A DNA stretch of 64,000 nucleotides from an uncultured Gammaproteobacteria bacterium (GTDB taxonomy: Bacteria > Cyanobacteriota > Vampirovibrionia > Gastranaerophilales > UBA9971): assembly GCA_964558005.1 (NCBI GenBank), contig CAZLCO010000001.1, forward strand, positions 62,362-126,361, written 5' to 3'. Every line of letters begins with the position of its first letter. Positions within the stretch are counted from its first letter, which is position 1. The position numbers were made by a program, and so were the translations under genes. Below, piece by piece: positions 17,605 to 28,032 of this stretch. The notes under the pieces are model-generated. The model was not told where the DNA came from, ran no database searches, and saw only the letters and a list, made by a program, of their open reading frames with translations.

Positions 17605-18453
17605 GTGTTAAGCGAGAATAAGGAATACCGGATAACAAGCCTGGCGTTTAAGGATACGCAGTCAAACACAAAAATGGCCAAACTCCAGCTTAAATGCGAC
17701 AATGAAGCCGAGGTCTTAAACTGCGTTATATGGCAGGATATACTTGAAAAATTGCCGAAGCAAACCCTTAAAGTAGGAAATATCATTAAAATAAAAAAAC
17801 ACGACCATAATGAAAGTTATAATAACTATATTTTGCAATCAATAGAACTGGTAAAAGAAGAAAAAATAGGGTTATCCGAACAGGAAAAAGAAGACCTGCT
17901 GGGAAAAATATACGAAGCAATCGAATCACTCAGTGACGCGAAACTTAAAAAAGCCCTTCTGCAGGTAATTGTGGAAAACGAAAAACTCTATATTTCTTCT
18001 CCTGCAGCAGAAAGAATACACCACAACTACATCGGAGGCCTGCTGCAGCATACATGGGAGTGTATAAATATCGCAAATGCACTTTGGGACACATTATATA
18101 AAAATGTTGACCGGGAATTAATAATCGCAGGCTGTATAGCACACGATTTCGGCAAAATGTTTGAATACAGCCTTGATGAAGAAACAGGCGCAATCGGCAG
18201 AAATGAAAAATTTGAAAGAGTCTGGATAAACCACATACACTGGGGGTTCAGCTGGGCAAACCAGAATGAGTTTCCTGCGCTGGCGCACCTTATAGCTTCC
18301 CATCACGGCTTAAAAGAATGGAAGGCGCTGGTTGAACCGCAGACATGCGAGGCTCAATTATTGCACTTAATTGATACAATTTCAGCGAGGGCCGGAGCTA
18401 CTGAAATTAACGACCTTGAAAGGAAACAGCAGGGGCAGCTAAGATTGATTTAA
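17605..18453 (+). CDS. yhaM: OB-fold plus HD-domain 3'-5' exoribonuclease (YhaM-like)
   Basis: An N-terminal OB-like region is followed by HD motifs HHNYIGGLLQHT, AHDFGK and SHHG. The start codon is GTG. Confidence 0.65.
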   Translation: MLSENKEYRITSLAFKDTQSNTKMAKLQLKCDNEAEVLNCVIWQDILEKLPKQTLKVGNIIKIKKHDHNESYNNYILQSIELVKEEKIGLSEQEKEDLLGKIYEAIESLSDAKLKKALLQVIVENEKLYISSPAAERIHHNYIGGLLQHTWECINIANALWDTLYKNVDRELIIAGCIAHDFGKMFEYSLDEETGAIGRNEKFERVWINHIHWGFSWANQNEFPALAHLIASHHGLKEWKALVEPQTCEAQLLHLIDTISARAGATEINDLERKQQGQLRLI

Positions 18454-19697
18454 AGCAGCATTACCTCTACCCTGTCGCCTTCGTAAAGACCGGTACATTC
18501 TGCGCAAATTTTTATTACACCGTGCGACCTTACAAGAGTTGAAAGAAAAGACGACTTGCCCGTATATGGGTATGCGAGTATTTTATCTTCTTCTTCCTGC
18601 AGCCTTACCCTTACATAGTCTTCCTTGCCTTCAGGCGAACTGATTTTCTTTGCCAGGAAGGCGTCCAGTTTAATGGTGTCCTTTCTTTCCTGCCAGAAAG
18701 AGCGTGGTGTACCGGTGAGCTTCCTTAAAACAGGCTTCCCGAATACATTAAAGCAGGTCATGTTTGACACAGGATGCCCCGGCAGGCCAATAACCGGCTT
18801 ATTTCCTACTATGGCCAGCAGTACGTGCCCGCCCGGCCTCATAGATATTTCGTCTGCTATTACTTGTGAATTTTCAAGACTTTCAATGGCTTTAAAAGTA
18901 TAATCTTTTGAGCCTGTTGAGCTGCCGCCGGAGACCATAACCATGTCCGAAACCTCAAGAGCTTTTGATATAGCGCCTTTTACCTGGTTCAATTCATCAT
19001 TTACTATTGCGCTTATCCTGCCAATACCGCCCATCTGGTCTACAAACCCCTTTAACACATAACCGTTTGAGGCTATTATTTCATGATAATCAGGCTCAAC
19101 ATCAAGGGCAACAAGTTCACTGCCGACGGGAATTATAGTTATAACAGGCTTTTTAAATACTTTTACCTGCCTGTAACCTATCCCGATGATTCCTCCGATA
19201 TCCTGCGGGCGAAGTTTCCTGTTTTTTCTTATAAAAACCTCTTCTGCTTTGAGGTCTTCCCCCCTTTTTGTAACGTTACTATCAGGAACTGCGCCTTTAA
19301 TAACCTTAATAGAAGCCGTTTCCGGCTTTACATCATCCGGAGGAACCACAGCGTCAGCATTTTCCGGTAAAAATGCGCCCTTTGATATCTTATAGGTCTG
19401 GTTTTTTAAAATTTTTGTTTTTTCCTTACCGCCAACGTTTATTTCGCCTAATAGCTCAAGAATTGCCGGATTTTTTTCGCTGGCATAGCCTACATCATCC
19501 GCTTTTAATGCATAACCGTCTATAAGTGCCCTGTCAAAAGGCGGGTGGTCAACTTTTACATTAATATCTTCATATAAAATCCTTGATACAGCATCTTCAA
19601 TATTAATGATTTCATATTCAAGGTGAGTATCTGAAATTGCTTCCAGATAATTGTTTAAAGCCGTATCCACTGAATATACGCTGCTTGTTCCTGCCAT
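18450..19697 (-). CDS. moeA: molybdopterin molybdotransferase
   Basis: Motifs PPFDRALIDGYA, RGEDL, GGSSTGSKDY and MRPGG are present. The length is 415 aa. Confidence 0.85.
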   Translation of the reverse strand: MAGTSSVYSVDTALNNYLEAISDTHLEYEIINIEDAVSRILYEDINVKVDHPPFDRALIDGYALKADDVGYASEKNPAILELLGEINVGGKEKTKILKNQTYKISKGAFLPENADAVVPPDDVKPETASIKVIKGAVPDSNVTKRGEDLKAEEVFIRKNRKLRPQDIGGIIGIGYRQVKVFKKPVITIIPVGSELVALDVEPDYHEIIASNGYVLKGFVDQMGGIGRISAIVNDELNQVKGAISKALEVSDMVMVSGGSSTGSKDYTFKAIESLENSQVIADEISMRPGGHVLLAIVGNKPVIGLPGHPVSNMTCFNVFGKPVLRKLTGTPRSFWQERKDTIKLDAFLAKKISSPEGKEDYVRVRLQEEEDKILAYPYTGKSSFLSTLVRSHGVIKICAECTGLYEGDRVEVMLL

Positions 19698-19790
19698 TTA
19701 ATCCTCTCTCTCTGAATAAAATTTTAACTGCTGATATTATCATTATACAAAAAACTAAACAAATCATTTTTTTTGCGATAATCTTTAAGA

Positions 19791-20525
19791 ATGATTAATA
19801 CCATCACAAAAACTGATTCGGTAAAAGAGGCGATAACCCGCACAGACCTTAAACATATAGCCATAATAATGGACGGCAACAGGCGCTGGGCGAAATCAAA
19901 AGGCCTGCCGTCGATGTTTGGCCATAAAGAAGGAGTCCGTGCTCTAAAAAGAACAATAAGGGCATCAAAGGATTTTGGAATAAAATACCTTACTGTTTAT
20001 GCTTTTTCCACTGAAAACTGGGGAAGAAAACAGGATGAAGTGGAATTTTTAATGAAGCTGCTAACTGAAACAGTTAAAAAAGAAATCCATGAAATGCACG
20101 AAAACAAAGTAAGAGTAAAAATAATCGGTGACCTGCAGCCATTAAGCAATGAACTTAAAAAAACTTTAACCTATGCTGAAGAGCTAACATGTCAAAATGA
20201 CGGGCTTTGTCTGCAAATGGCAATCAACTACGGCGCTAGAAATGAAATAACAAATGCTGTAAAGCGCATGTACAATGACATAAACGACCCGGAACTGATA
20301 ACCCCGGAGCTGATAGAAAAATACCTTTATACAAACGATATTCCCGACCCTGACCTTTTAATCAGGACAGGCGGGGAAAACAGGATAAGCAATTATTTAT
20401 TGTGGCAGATAGCATACACGGAATTTTATATAACTGAAACCTACTGGCCGGATTTTTGTAAAGACACACTTGCAGAGGCAATTATTTCCTTTGCCGACAG
20501 AAACAGGCGGTTCGGCAGGGATTAA
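19791..20525 (+). CDS. uppS: isoprenyl transferase (undecaprenyl diphosphate synthase)
   Basis: Motifs HIAIIMDGNRRWA, LTVYAFSTENW and RTGGENRISNYLLWQ are present. Confidence 0.93.
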   Translation: MINTITKTDSVKEAITRTDLKHIAIIMDGNRRWAKSKGLPSMFGHKEGVRALKRTIRASKDFGIKYLTVYAFSTENWGRKQDEVEFLMKLLTETVKKEIHEMHENKVRVKIIGDLQPLSNELKKTLTYAEELTCQNDGLCLQMAINYGARNEITNAVKRMYNDINDPELITPELIEKYLYTNDIPDPDLLIRTGGENRISNYLLWQIAYTEFYITETYWPDFCKDTLAEAIISFADRNRRFGRD

Positions 20526-20544
20526 AGCAAAAATGGAGGTGGAG

Positions 20545-21132
20545 ATGATAAAAAGCATAACAAAACTGGTTTTTGCCACAAAAAATAAAAATAAACTTGA
20601 AGAAGTAAAACACCTGCTCGCAGGCACCGGCATTGAAATTTTAGGAGTTGAAGGCGAATTTGACCCGGAAGAAACTGGCGAAACTTTTAAGGAAAACGCC
20701 CTTATAAAAGCCCGCTCAGCCGCAGAACTAATGCATATGCCGGCTATCGCAGATGACTCAGGCCTGATTGTCGATGCACTGGACGGCAGGCCGGGCTTAT
20801 ATTCTTCACGATACGAAAAAACTGACGAAAAAAGAATAAATAAACTGCTGGGCGAACTTGAAAATGTTAAGCAAGGTGAAAGAGCCGCAAGGTTTATGTG
20901 CGCTGTGGTTATAGTATCTGAAACAGGAGAAGTCTTGTTTTCCACGCAGCAGGCGTGCGAAGGAGAAATAAACTTTTCTCCTTCCGGGGAGCACGGGTTC
21001 GGGTATGACCCGGTATTCTATTTACCGGAAAAAAATGCTACAATGGCAGAGTTGACGATGGAGGAGAAAAACAGGATAAGCCACAGAAGCAAGGCATTTA
21101 AAAAAGCGCTGGAGTGGCTGGCGAGGAGTTAA
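20545..21132 (+). CDS. rdgB: dITP/XTP pyrophosphatase (RdgB/HAM1 family)
   Basis: Motifs FATKNKNKLEE, ADDSGL, PGLYSSRY, GFGYDPVF and SHRSKA are present. ATG 20545 follows GGAGG at 20535-20539. Confidence 0.85.
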   Translation: MIKSITKLVFATKNKNKLEEVKHLLAGTGIEILGVEGEFDPEETGETFKENALIKARSAAELMHMPAIADDSGLIVDALDGRPGLYSSRYEKTDEKRINKLLGELENVKQGERAARFMCAVVIVSETGEVLFSTQQACEGEINFSPSGEHGFGYDPVFYLPEKNATMAELTMEEKNRISHRSKAFKKALEWLARS

Positions 21133-21143
21133 CTGTTTTTATT

Positions 21144-22601
21144 ATGGGTAAGAACCTTTTACTTATTATAATGGCGTGTTTTATACTGTGCGGCACAGCT
21201 TATGCTGACCAGCCCGCACCGGAAAAAATTGTGCCCGAAACAGTAAAAGAGCAGACCGTCCCGTTTAAGCCGGATACAATTAATACCTCAAAACTTTTCT
21301 CTCTCGGCAGGGGCATTGGCGCCTCATATTATTACCTTATTGACCTGTGCGACAAGACCGGGAAAAAGCCTTTTTCTGAAATTCAGCAGGAATACGCCAG
21401 AACTTTCCAGAACATTAATATAATTGACATTATACTCGAAGACCTGGAAATATCAGGCAAATCAAGACAGGACCTGAAAAATTTAAGAATAAATTTTTAT
21501 AATGCCCTTAAAAACCAGGACCTGAGTGAAACACATATTGCCTTTGTCAGGGACTTGTTTGTTGTTTTTTATGAAAACCTGTCACAGGACATAAGCGCAA
21601 AATATTGTTTACAGGGCAACTGGCTATTATCGCTGGGATTTTATTCAGCTTTCCAGCTGGAATCGCTTAAATCTCCGACAAAAGAAAAAGTTTTGCTTTC
21701 AGGTTTTGATAAAATATTTAACGCAAGACCTGTTGCTGTTCCGGAAGAAATTTATACCGGCCTTGTTACTGTTAACCGGCTGGATAAAATGTATGTGACA
21801 ACTTCAGAGCTTGCACTCCTTGAATCAAACCTAATTAAAATAACCGAATATTTCACGAATTATCCCGTATCAGAGCCTGTGTTTGATGAAGCAAAGAACT
21901 TAATCGGCGTATGGCAGGGTATACTTGTTAACCCGGAAAATGAACGACATGACATCAGGCTCATCGTTAATAAAGACCTGTCAGCCACAATGGATGTGGC
22001 TGGAATTGCAGAGGATATAAATATTTCCGAAGTGGAAATGGTGAATAATTATTTTACGTTTATGTTTAAGCCGTTTGGAACAGAAAAACTCTACCTCAGA
22101 TTTGACGCTAAACTGTCAGAAAATATGTTTACAGGCGAAATAACAGATGTTACTGGCTCAAAAGGTTACTGGATACTGGCAAAAACCAATGATGACTCTA
22201 AATTAAGTGAAGATAAACTCGATAAAATGATTTCCTACATAGCCTGGTTTGAAGAAAAGCTCAAAGAACCGACGATAATTAGAGTAAATGAAATAAAAAT
22301 ACAACAAGAGCCGCAACCCGCAGAAACTTCAGAAGATTTAACCGTAGAGGTTGAAGAAGAAAAAACAGAAACAATAGAAGAAATCAAAGAAGAGGACTCA
22401 GAATTAATCGAAGAATTATATCAGGCAGCACTGGCTGAGCAGGAAGAAGAGGCGGAGCAAAACCAGATTGAAGAGAAAAAAAGTAGCTGGTGCAAATTTG
22501 TAAACTTCCTGAAAAAAATATTTATGATAGGTAATGAAGAAACTTCTGCAGATTCACTAAAATCTATCAGTACCTTGAGAACACCTCTTTTTTTAGAGTA
22601 A
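21144..22601 (+). CDS. hypothetical secreted protein with acidic C-terminal region
   Basis: It has a signal peptide (MGKNLLLIIMACFILCGTAYA) and an E-rich tail. No family was recognised. Its 3' end overlaps the convergent dehydrogenase gene. Confidence 0.6.
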   Translation: MGKNLLLIIMACFILCGTAYADQPAPEKIVPETVKEQTVPFKPDTINTSKLFSLGRGIGASYYYLIDLCDKTGKKPFSEIQQEYARTFQNINIIDIILEDLEISGKSRQDLKNLRINFYNALKNQDLSETHIAFVRDLFVVFYENLSQDISAKYCLQGNWLLSLGFYSAFQLESLKSPTKEKVLLSGFDKIFNARPVAVPEEIYTGLVTVNRLDKMYVTTSELALLESNLIKITEYFTNYPVSEPVFDEAKNLIGVWQGILVNPENERHDIRLIVNKDLSATMDVAGIAEDINISEVEMVNNYFTFMFKPFGTEKLYLRFDAKLSENMFTGEITDVTGSKGYWILAKTNDDSKLSEDKLDKMISYIAWFEEKLKEPTIIRVNEIKIQQEPQPAETSEDLTVEVEEEKTETIEEIKEEDSELIEELYQAALAEQEEEAEQNQIEEKKSSWCKFVNFLKKIFMIGNEETSADSLKSISTLRTPLFLE

Positions 22602-23485
22602 GCAAAAGCCTCAAGCGCATCATCAAATTTAAAAACCTTTGATATTAAAGGCTTTACATCTAAAAACCCTTTTTCAAAAGCCACAATCACCGGCTTAAAA
22701 GGTCCGCACCTTGAACCAATAACTGAAACCTCGTCAATGACCAGCCGGCTGAGGTTAATCTCCTTGTCTCCGGCTACTGTACTCTTTAGTATGATTGTAC
22801 CCCGCGGTTTTACCAGCTCCTGCACCATCTCAAAACCGCCTATCGTGCCTGTTACCTCTACTACAAAGTCATAATCCTTTATTTTTAAAAATTCTGCAAG
22901 CAAAACCGTATTAACGCCCTGGTCTCTGGTTATATTGAGCTTTTCGACATGCTTACCGACCAGCGTGAGTTTTGCCCCAGTTAACTTTAAAGCTAAAGAA
23001 ATAAGTAAGCCCAGCTTACCATCGCCTAATATAACTACTTTATCTTCAGGACCTATTTTTACCTGCTCCAAAATTTGAAATGCCGCAGCCAGAGGCTCAA
23101 TAAACACTGCTTCTTCGTTGCTTATACTATCAGGAATAGCGTGCAGGTTTTTTGTAGGCAGGGCTATGTATTCGGCAAAACAGCCGTCCCTGCCTGCGAT
23201 ACCGAGCGTTGTCCTGTTGGGGCAGTGAGTGGTGAGGTCTTTTTTGCAGTATTCGCATTCTCCGCAGGCACAGTTAATTTCACCCACAACCCTTTGATTG
23301 TTATAAAGCCCCACGAATTCATGTCCGGGGATGCCGGAAAAGCCCATATATCCTTTAGTCAGTTCAATGTCGGTATTACAGACTCCCGCCATTAAAATTT
23401 TTACTAATGCCTCACCCTCCTGCGGAACAGGAATGGATAAATTTTCAGCGAATTTTAACTGTTTGTCAAAAACCAAAGCTTTCAT
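22421..23485 (-). CDS. zinc-dependent alcohol/polyol dehydrogenase (MDR family)
   Basis: Motifs GVCNTDIELTKG, GHEFVG, the structural-zinc Cys cluster CACGECEYC and the Rossmann motif ILGDGKLG are present. The last ~45 aa are low-complexity and lie antisense to the neighbouring gene. Confidence 0.8.
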   Translation of the reverse strand: MKALVFDKQLKFAENLSIPVPQEGEALVKILMAGVCNTDIELTKGYMGFSGIPGHEFVGLYNNQRVVGEINCACGECEYCKKDLTTHCPNRTTLGIAGRDGCFAEYIALPTKNLHAIPDSISNEEAVFIEPLAAAFQILEQVKIGPEDKVVILGDGKLGLLISLALKLTGAKLTLVGKHVEKLNITRDQGVNTVLLAEFLKIKDYDFVVEVTGTIGGFEMVQELVKPRGTIILKSTVAGDKEINLSRLVIDEVSVIGSRCGPFKPVIVAFEKGFLDVKPLISKVFKFDDALEAFAYSKKRGVLKVLIDFSESAEVSSLPIINIFFRKFTNLHQLLFFSSIWFCSASSSCSASAA

Positions 23486-23566
23486 AATTTAAAAATCCTA
23501 TATAACTATTTTAGTTAAAATATATTTTCTAGTACAATGTTAAAGTAATAAAAGGAGGAGCAATAA

Positions 23567-24103
23567 ATGTCAGAAATGGTGAAAGCAAAAGTCAGAGACA
23601 TCCCCGACTTCCCAAAACCGGGAATCATCTTTAAAGATATAACAACAGCCATTAAATGCCCTGAAACCTTTAGAAGTATTGTCAACTTCCTCACAGAAGA
23701 GTTTAAAGATATAGGCATAGACTACGTTGCCGGAATCGAATCCAGAGGATTTATATTCGGCGGGCCAATAGCCTATAACCTTAACGCCGGCCTCGTTATA
23801 GTAAGGAAACCCGGAAAACTCCCCGCTGAAGTAGAAAAAATGACCTATGAGCTTGAATATGGTGTTGACTCCGTAGAAATCCACAAAGATGCCATTGAAC
23901 CGGGCAAAAAAGTGCTTGTAATCGACGACCTGCTCGCTACAGGCGGCACAGCTGCAGCCACCGTAAATTTAATCAATAAAATCGGCGGCAAACCGGTCGG
24001 AATGGGCTTTGCTCTTGAATTATCCTTCCTTAACGGTTTACAAAGGTTTGAAAAATATCCCAACCTAAAAATTGTTTCAATGGTTAAATACGAACTGGAA
24101 TAA
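23567..24103 (+). CDS. apt: adenine phosphoribosyltransferase
   Basis: Motifs DFPKPGIIFKDIT, GIESRGF and the PRPP motif VLVIDDLLATGGT are present. Confidence 0.93.
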   Translation: MSEMVKAKVRDIPDFPKPGIIFKDITTAIKCPETFRSIVNFLTEEFKDIGIDYVAGIESRGFIFGGPIAYNLNAGLVIVRKPGKLPAEVEKMTYELEYGVDSVEIHKDAIEPGKKVLVIDDLLATGGTAAATVNLINKIGGKPVGMGFALELSFLNGLQRFEKYPNLKIVSMVKYELE

Positions 24104-24185
24104 ATATAAAATATGAATAATCACTACAGGTTATAGTAAAATATTAGGGAAATGATATCCAAAATATGAGGAAACCGTAAAAACA

Positions 24186-26015
24186 ATGAAAAAATACCAG
24201 ACTACAGGCATATACATAACTTTAATGGTACTAATGCTGGCATTTTTTGCATCAATAATGACTTCAAACACAGATACCATAAGAGAAACCACCTATTCTG
24301 AATTCATGGATATGGTGAAAAATAACAGCGTAAACAAAGTGGTAGTGGCCGAAGACTATTTGATAGCTAAAACCAAAACACCTGACGGGGAAACAATAAA
24401 GCACAGGGTAGCAATCCCCTTGAATAACGCGAACCTGATAGACAAACTTGAAGAAAATAACGTAAATATCGAAATCCAGCACGCCAGGAATTCCGGACAC
24501 TGGATAGGCCTTATCGGATCGCTGATTTTCCCGTTATTCCTGCTGATTGCGCTTGTTCTTATGTTCAGGAGCGCACAGGGTGGCGGCTCACAAGCGATGT
24601 CCTTTGGCAAAAGCAAAGCCAAAATGATGCTCGATAACAAGGTAAAAGTAACTTTCGACGATGTGGCGGGCATAGACGAAGCCAAGCAGGAACTTGAAGA
24701 AATAGTTGACTTCCTTAAAAATAACCAGAAATACCTTTCTCTGGGTGCAAAAATCCCCAGAGGCGTACTTGTTGTGGGTGCGCCGGGAACAGGTAAAACC
24801 CTTATGGCAAAAGCCGTAGCCGGCGAAGCGGGAGTGCCGTTCTTCAGCATAAGCGGTTCTGACTTCGTGGAAATGTTTGTCGGCGTCGGCGCATCAAGAG
24901 TAAGGGACCTTTTTGAACAGGCGAAAAAACACGCCCCGTGTATTGTGTTTATTGACGAGATAGACGCAGTCGGAAGACAGCGTGGCGCAGGACTTGGCGG
25001 CGGACACGACGAAAGGGAACAGACCCTCAACCAGCTCCTGGTGGAAATGGACGGGTTCGACGGCACAACAGGAATAATTATAATAGCGGCCACCAACAGG
25101 CCTGATATCCTGGATAATGCCCTCTTAAGGCCGGGCAGGTTCGACAGGCAGGTCGTTATAGACAGACCGGACATTCTCGGCAGGGAACAAATACTTGAAG
25201 TCCACAGCAAAGGCAAACCCCTTGCGCCGGAAGTTAATATTAAAACCCTTGCAAAAAGGACTCCGGGCTTTACAGGTGCTGATTTAGCGAACCTTATCAA
25301 CGAAGCGGCCCTTCTGGCAGCAAGAAAAGACAAAAAAGAAATAGAGATGGAAGACCTTGAAGAAGCCATTGACAAGATAATCGCAGGCCCGGAAAAGAAA
25401 AGCAGGATAATTGACGAAAAAGAAAAGGAAATCACCGCTTTCCATGAGGTCGGACACGCCCTGCTGGCTAAATTTCTTAGAAATTGCGACCCTCTGCACA
25501 AGGTAACCGTAATCCCCCGGGGAATGGCGCTGGGTGTAACTATGACCCTGCCGGAAAAAGACTATTCGCTATACAAGAAAACCCAGCTTATGGACAGGAT
25601 AGCTATGATGCTGGGCGGAAGAATAGCTGAAGAGCTGACTTTTGGCCCAGAGGAAATAACCACCGGCGCGCAAAACGATATAGAAAAAGCCAGCGAACTC
25701 GCCAGAAGAATGGTTACAAACTACGGGATGAGCGATAAAATAGGCACTATAACTTACGGAAAGCGCAACGATCACGTCTTTTTAGGCAGGGACTTCGGAA
25801 CGGAAAAGAATTACTCCGAAGAAGTGGCCTCAATGATTGATAGGGAAATAAAATCACTGATTCAGGAAAGATACGATTTTGCTAAAAACATACTGATAGA
25901 AAACAGGGATATAATGAATGAAATAGCTAAAGTTCTGCTAGAACGGGAATCGCTGGACGAAAAAGAGGTTGACGAAATCATACAAAGAGTACAGGCAGAA
26001 AGAGCGCACGCATAG
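24186..26015 (+). CDS. ftsH: ATP-dependent zinc metalloprotease FtsH
   Basis: It has two N-terminal TM helices, Walker A GAPGTGKT, Walker [10 protein letters not shown], the SRH region and the zinc motif HEVGHAL. Confidence 0.97.
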   Translation: MKKYQTTGIYITLMVLMLAFFASIMTSNTDTIRETTYSEFMDMVKNNSVNKVVVAEDYLIAKTKTPDGETIKHRVAIPLNNANLIDKLEENNVNIEIQHARNSGHWIGLIGSLIFPLFLLIALVLMFRSAQGGGSQAMSFGKSKAKMMLDNKVKVTFDDVAGIDEAKQELEEIVDFLKNNQKYLSLGAKIPRGVLVVGAPGTGKTLMAKAVAGEAGVPFFSISGSDFVEMFVGVGASRVRDLFEQAKKHAPCIVFIDEIDAVGRQRGAGLGGGHDEREQTLNQLLVEMDGFDGTTGIIIIAATNRPDILDNALLRPGRFDRQVVIDRPDILGREQILEVHSKGKPLAPEVNIKTLAKRTPGFTGADLANLINEAALLAARKDKKEIEMEDLEEAIDKIIAGPEKKSRIIDEKEKEITAFHEVGHALLAKFLRNCDPLHKVTVIPRGMALGVTMTLPEKDYSLYKKTQLMDRIAMMLGGRIAEELTFGPEEITTGAQNDIEKASELARRMVTNYGMSDKIGTITYGKRNDHVFLGRDFGTEKNYSEEVASMIDREIKSLIQERYDFAKNILIENRDIMNEIAKVLLERESLDEKEVDEIIQRVQAERAHA

Positions 26016-26039
26016 CAAATAGCATAGCAAATAATTTAA

Positions 26040-26222
26040 GGGGGTCGGCTTATCCGACTCCCTTATACTTATACGCAATTAGTAAGGTGAAATACCATAT
26101 ATAAATGGGTTGGGTGTAGGGCGAAGCCCTACCCAATTATACTTCCCCTCCCTTGAGGGAGGGGGCAGGGGGAGGGTGTAGCTTCCAGCACTATAAAAAT
26201 ACTGAAACAAGTTCAGCATGAT
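26040..26222. repeat. second cluster of short hairpin repeats
   Basis: Hairpins lie at 26040-26062, at 26110-26135 (ttgggtgtagggc/gccctacccaa) and at 26145-26165 (tcccctccc ttga gggaggggg). A Y-family copy (ctgaaacaagttcagcatgat) is at 26202-26222. Confidence 0.75.
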
Positions 26223-26271
26223 GTTTTTGCTATTTTACTTTATTAACTGCAAGTTGATATTAAAACTTCTA

Positions 26272-26511
26272 TTATTTACCGCTGAATAAACTTTTTACAT
26301 AGTCATACAAAATAATAACTTTAGTCCGGCCGGCAAAATAAATATTCCTGTCCGGATTATTATCGGCAGGGTTCCATAACCTCCTGACAGATTTAACTAT
26401 TAGAGAAGGCTGCAACATTTCTTTCTGGGGTTGCACAGGCGCAGCCGAAGCCTCTGAGCGTTTTACAGCGGGTCTTATACTGTTAGAAGCGAATGATGGC
26501 CTGACTTGCAT
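26272..26511 (-). CDS. hypothetical small protein
   Basis: A 79-aa ORF divergent from the gltD-like gene. No motif was recognised. Confidence 0.3.
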   Translation of the reverse strand: MQVRPSFASNSIRPAVKRSEASAAPVQPQKEMLQPSLIVKSVRRLWNPADNNPDRNIYFAGRTKVIILYDYVKSLFSGK

Positions 26512-26649
26512 TTTAACACCTACAATTAATAATTAATAATAATTTGTAATTATAACATGCAAAAAATCAATTTGCACGTAAACCAACTATAAAAAATTAT
26601 GCTTATAGTAAAATATTATTGAGCAAAATCTTTATATCACAGGGAAAAA

Positions 26650-28032
26650 ATGGGGAATAATTTAAAACAACGCCAAAAACCAAAAGAACTCTCGCCTGAC
26701 TACAGGAACACAAATTTTGAGCCCGTAGAAGCTAACCTGAGCGACGAACAGGCACTTCTAGAAGCAGGCAGGTGCCTGCAGTGCAAAAAACCAAAATGCG
26801 TCGAGGGATGTCCGGTAAACGTCCAGATACCGCAGTTTATCCGGGCTGTAAAAGACGGTAAAATAGAGGAAGCCGGACGCTTAATCCGTGAAACTAACTA
26901 CCTGCCTTCTGTTTGCGGCAGGGTATGCCCGCAGGAAAAACAATGCGAAGGCAACTGCATACTCGGCATTAAGGGAGAACCGGTTAATATAGGAGCTCTG
27001 GAAAGATACATAGGCGACTTAACAGCGCCGATAGCAGAAAAAGCCTCGCCCACAGGAAAAAAGATTGCAATAATAGGCTCGGGCTGCGCAGGAATGAGCG
27101 CAGCGGCCGACCTCGCCAAAGAAGGGCATAAAGTAACTGTTTTTGAAGCCCTACATGCACTTGGCGGAGTATTAAGATACGGAATCCCTTCTTTCAGACT
27201 GCCCAGAGAAGTGCTTGACCGGGAAATTGAATTCCTCAAAAAACTCGGCGTGGAATTCGTGACCAACGTCGTTATAGGCAAATCACTTACTATTAATGAC
27301 CTTTTTGAAGACGGGTACAGCGCGGTATTTATCAGCAGCGGGGCGGGCCTGCCAAAATTACTGAATATCGAAGGCGAAAACCTGAACAACGTTTATTCCG
27401 CCAATGAATTCCTCACCCGTGTAAACCTGATGAATGCAGGCAGGGGCAATTCTTCTACCCCTATATACACAGGCAAAAAAGCAGTAGTAATAGGCGGCGG
27501 CAACGTTGCCATGGACGCTGCCAGAGTAGCTAAAAGAATAGGTTTTAATGAAGTAGTCATAGCCTACCGCCGTTCAGAAGCAGAACTTCCCGCCAGAAAA
27601 GCCGAAATAGAACACGCAAAGGAAGAAGGCATAGAGTTTTTAATGCTGCATTCCCCGCTTGAGATACTCGGCGAAGACGGAAAAGTAAGCGGGCTAAAGC
27701 TTCAGGTCATGGAACTTGGCGAGCCTGACGCTACCGGCAGGAGAAGGCCTGTCGCTATAGAAGGCAGGCAAGTTGATATTCCAGCTGATACTGTTATAGT
27801 AGCGCTCGGCACCAACGTAAACCCGATAATCCCCCGCTCTGCGAAAAATTTAAAACTTGACCAAAAAGGTTATATTGAAATTAACCCGGAAACTGGCAAA
27901 ACTTCTATCCCCGGAGTATGGGCGGGAGGAGACATTGCGCCGACCGGCGATTCCACCGCAATTAATGCGATGGGTGCGGGTAAGCGGGCAGCCGCGGCGA
28001 TTAGCGAGTGGTTAGGGAGAAAAGATGGCTAA
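26650..28032 (+). CDS. NADPH-dependent glutamate synthase small-subunit-like oxidoreductase (GltD/NfnB/PreT-like)
   Basis: N-terminal Fe-S Cys motifs are CLQCKKPKCVEGCP and CGRVCP...C. Two dinucleotide folds are present: IAIIGSGCAG and VVIGGGNVAMD. Confidence 0.85.
   Translation: MGNNLKQRQKPKELSPDYRNTNFEPVEANLSDEQALLEAGRCLQCKKPKCVEGCPVNVQIPQFIRAVKDGKIEEAGRLIRETNYLPSVCGRVCPQEKQCEGNCILGIKGEPVNIGALERYIGDLTAPIAEKASPTGKKIAIIGSGCAGMSAAADLAKEGHKVTVFEALHALGGVLRYGIPSFRLPREVLDREIEFLKKLGVEFVTNVVIGKSLTINDLFEDGYSAVFISSGAGLPKLLNIEGENLNNVYSANEFLTRVNLMNAGRGNSSTPIYTGKKAVVIGGGNVAMDAARVAKRIGFNEVVIAYRRSEAELPARKAEIEHAKEEGIEFLMLHSPLEILGEDGKVSGLKLQVMELGEPDATGRRRPVAIEGRQVDIPADTVIVALGTNVNPIIPRSAKNLKLDQKGYIEINPETGKTSIPGVWAGGDIAPTGDSTAINAMGAGKRAAAAISEWLGRKDG

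Noticed and set aside
19698-19790. A possible Moco riboswitch upstream of moeA.
   Set aside because: The leader is only ~93 nt and AT-rich, which is too short, and it lacks the conserved GC-rich helices I would expect. A cmscan would be needed to exclude it formally.
24356-25501. A 381-aa ORF on the minus strand inside ftsH.
   Set aside because: It is a Ser/Pro/Ala-rich low-complexity translation antisense to an unmistakable FtsH gene. It has no RBS or recognisable motif. It is the typical stop-free antisense frame of a GC-richer gene.
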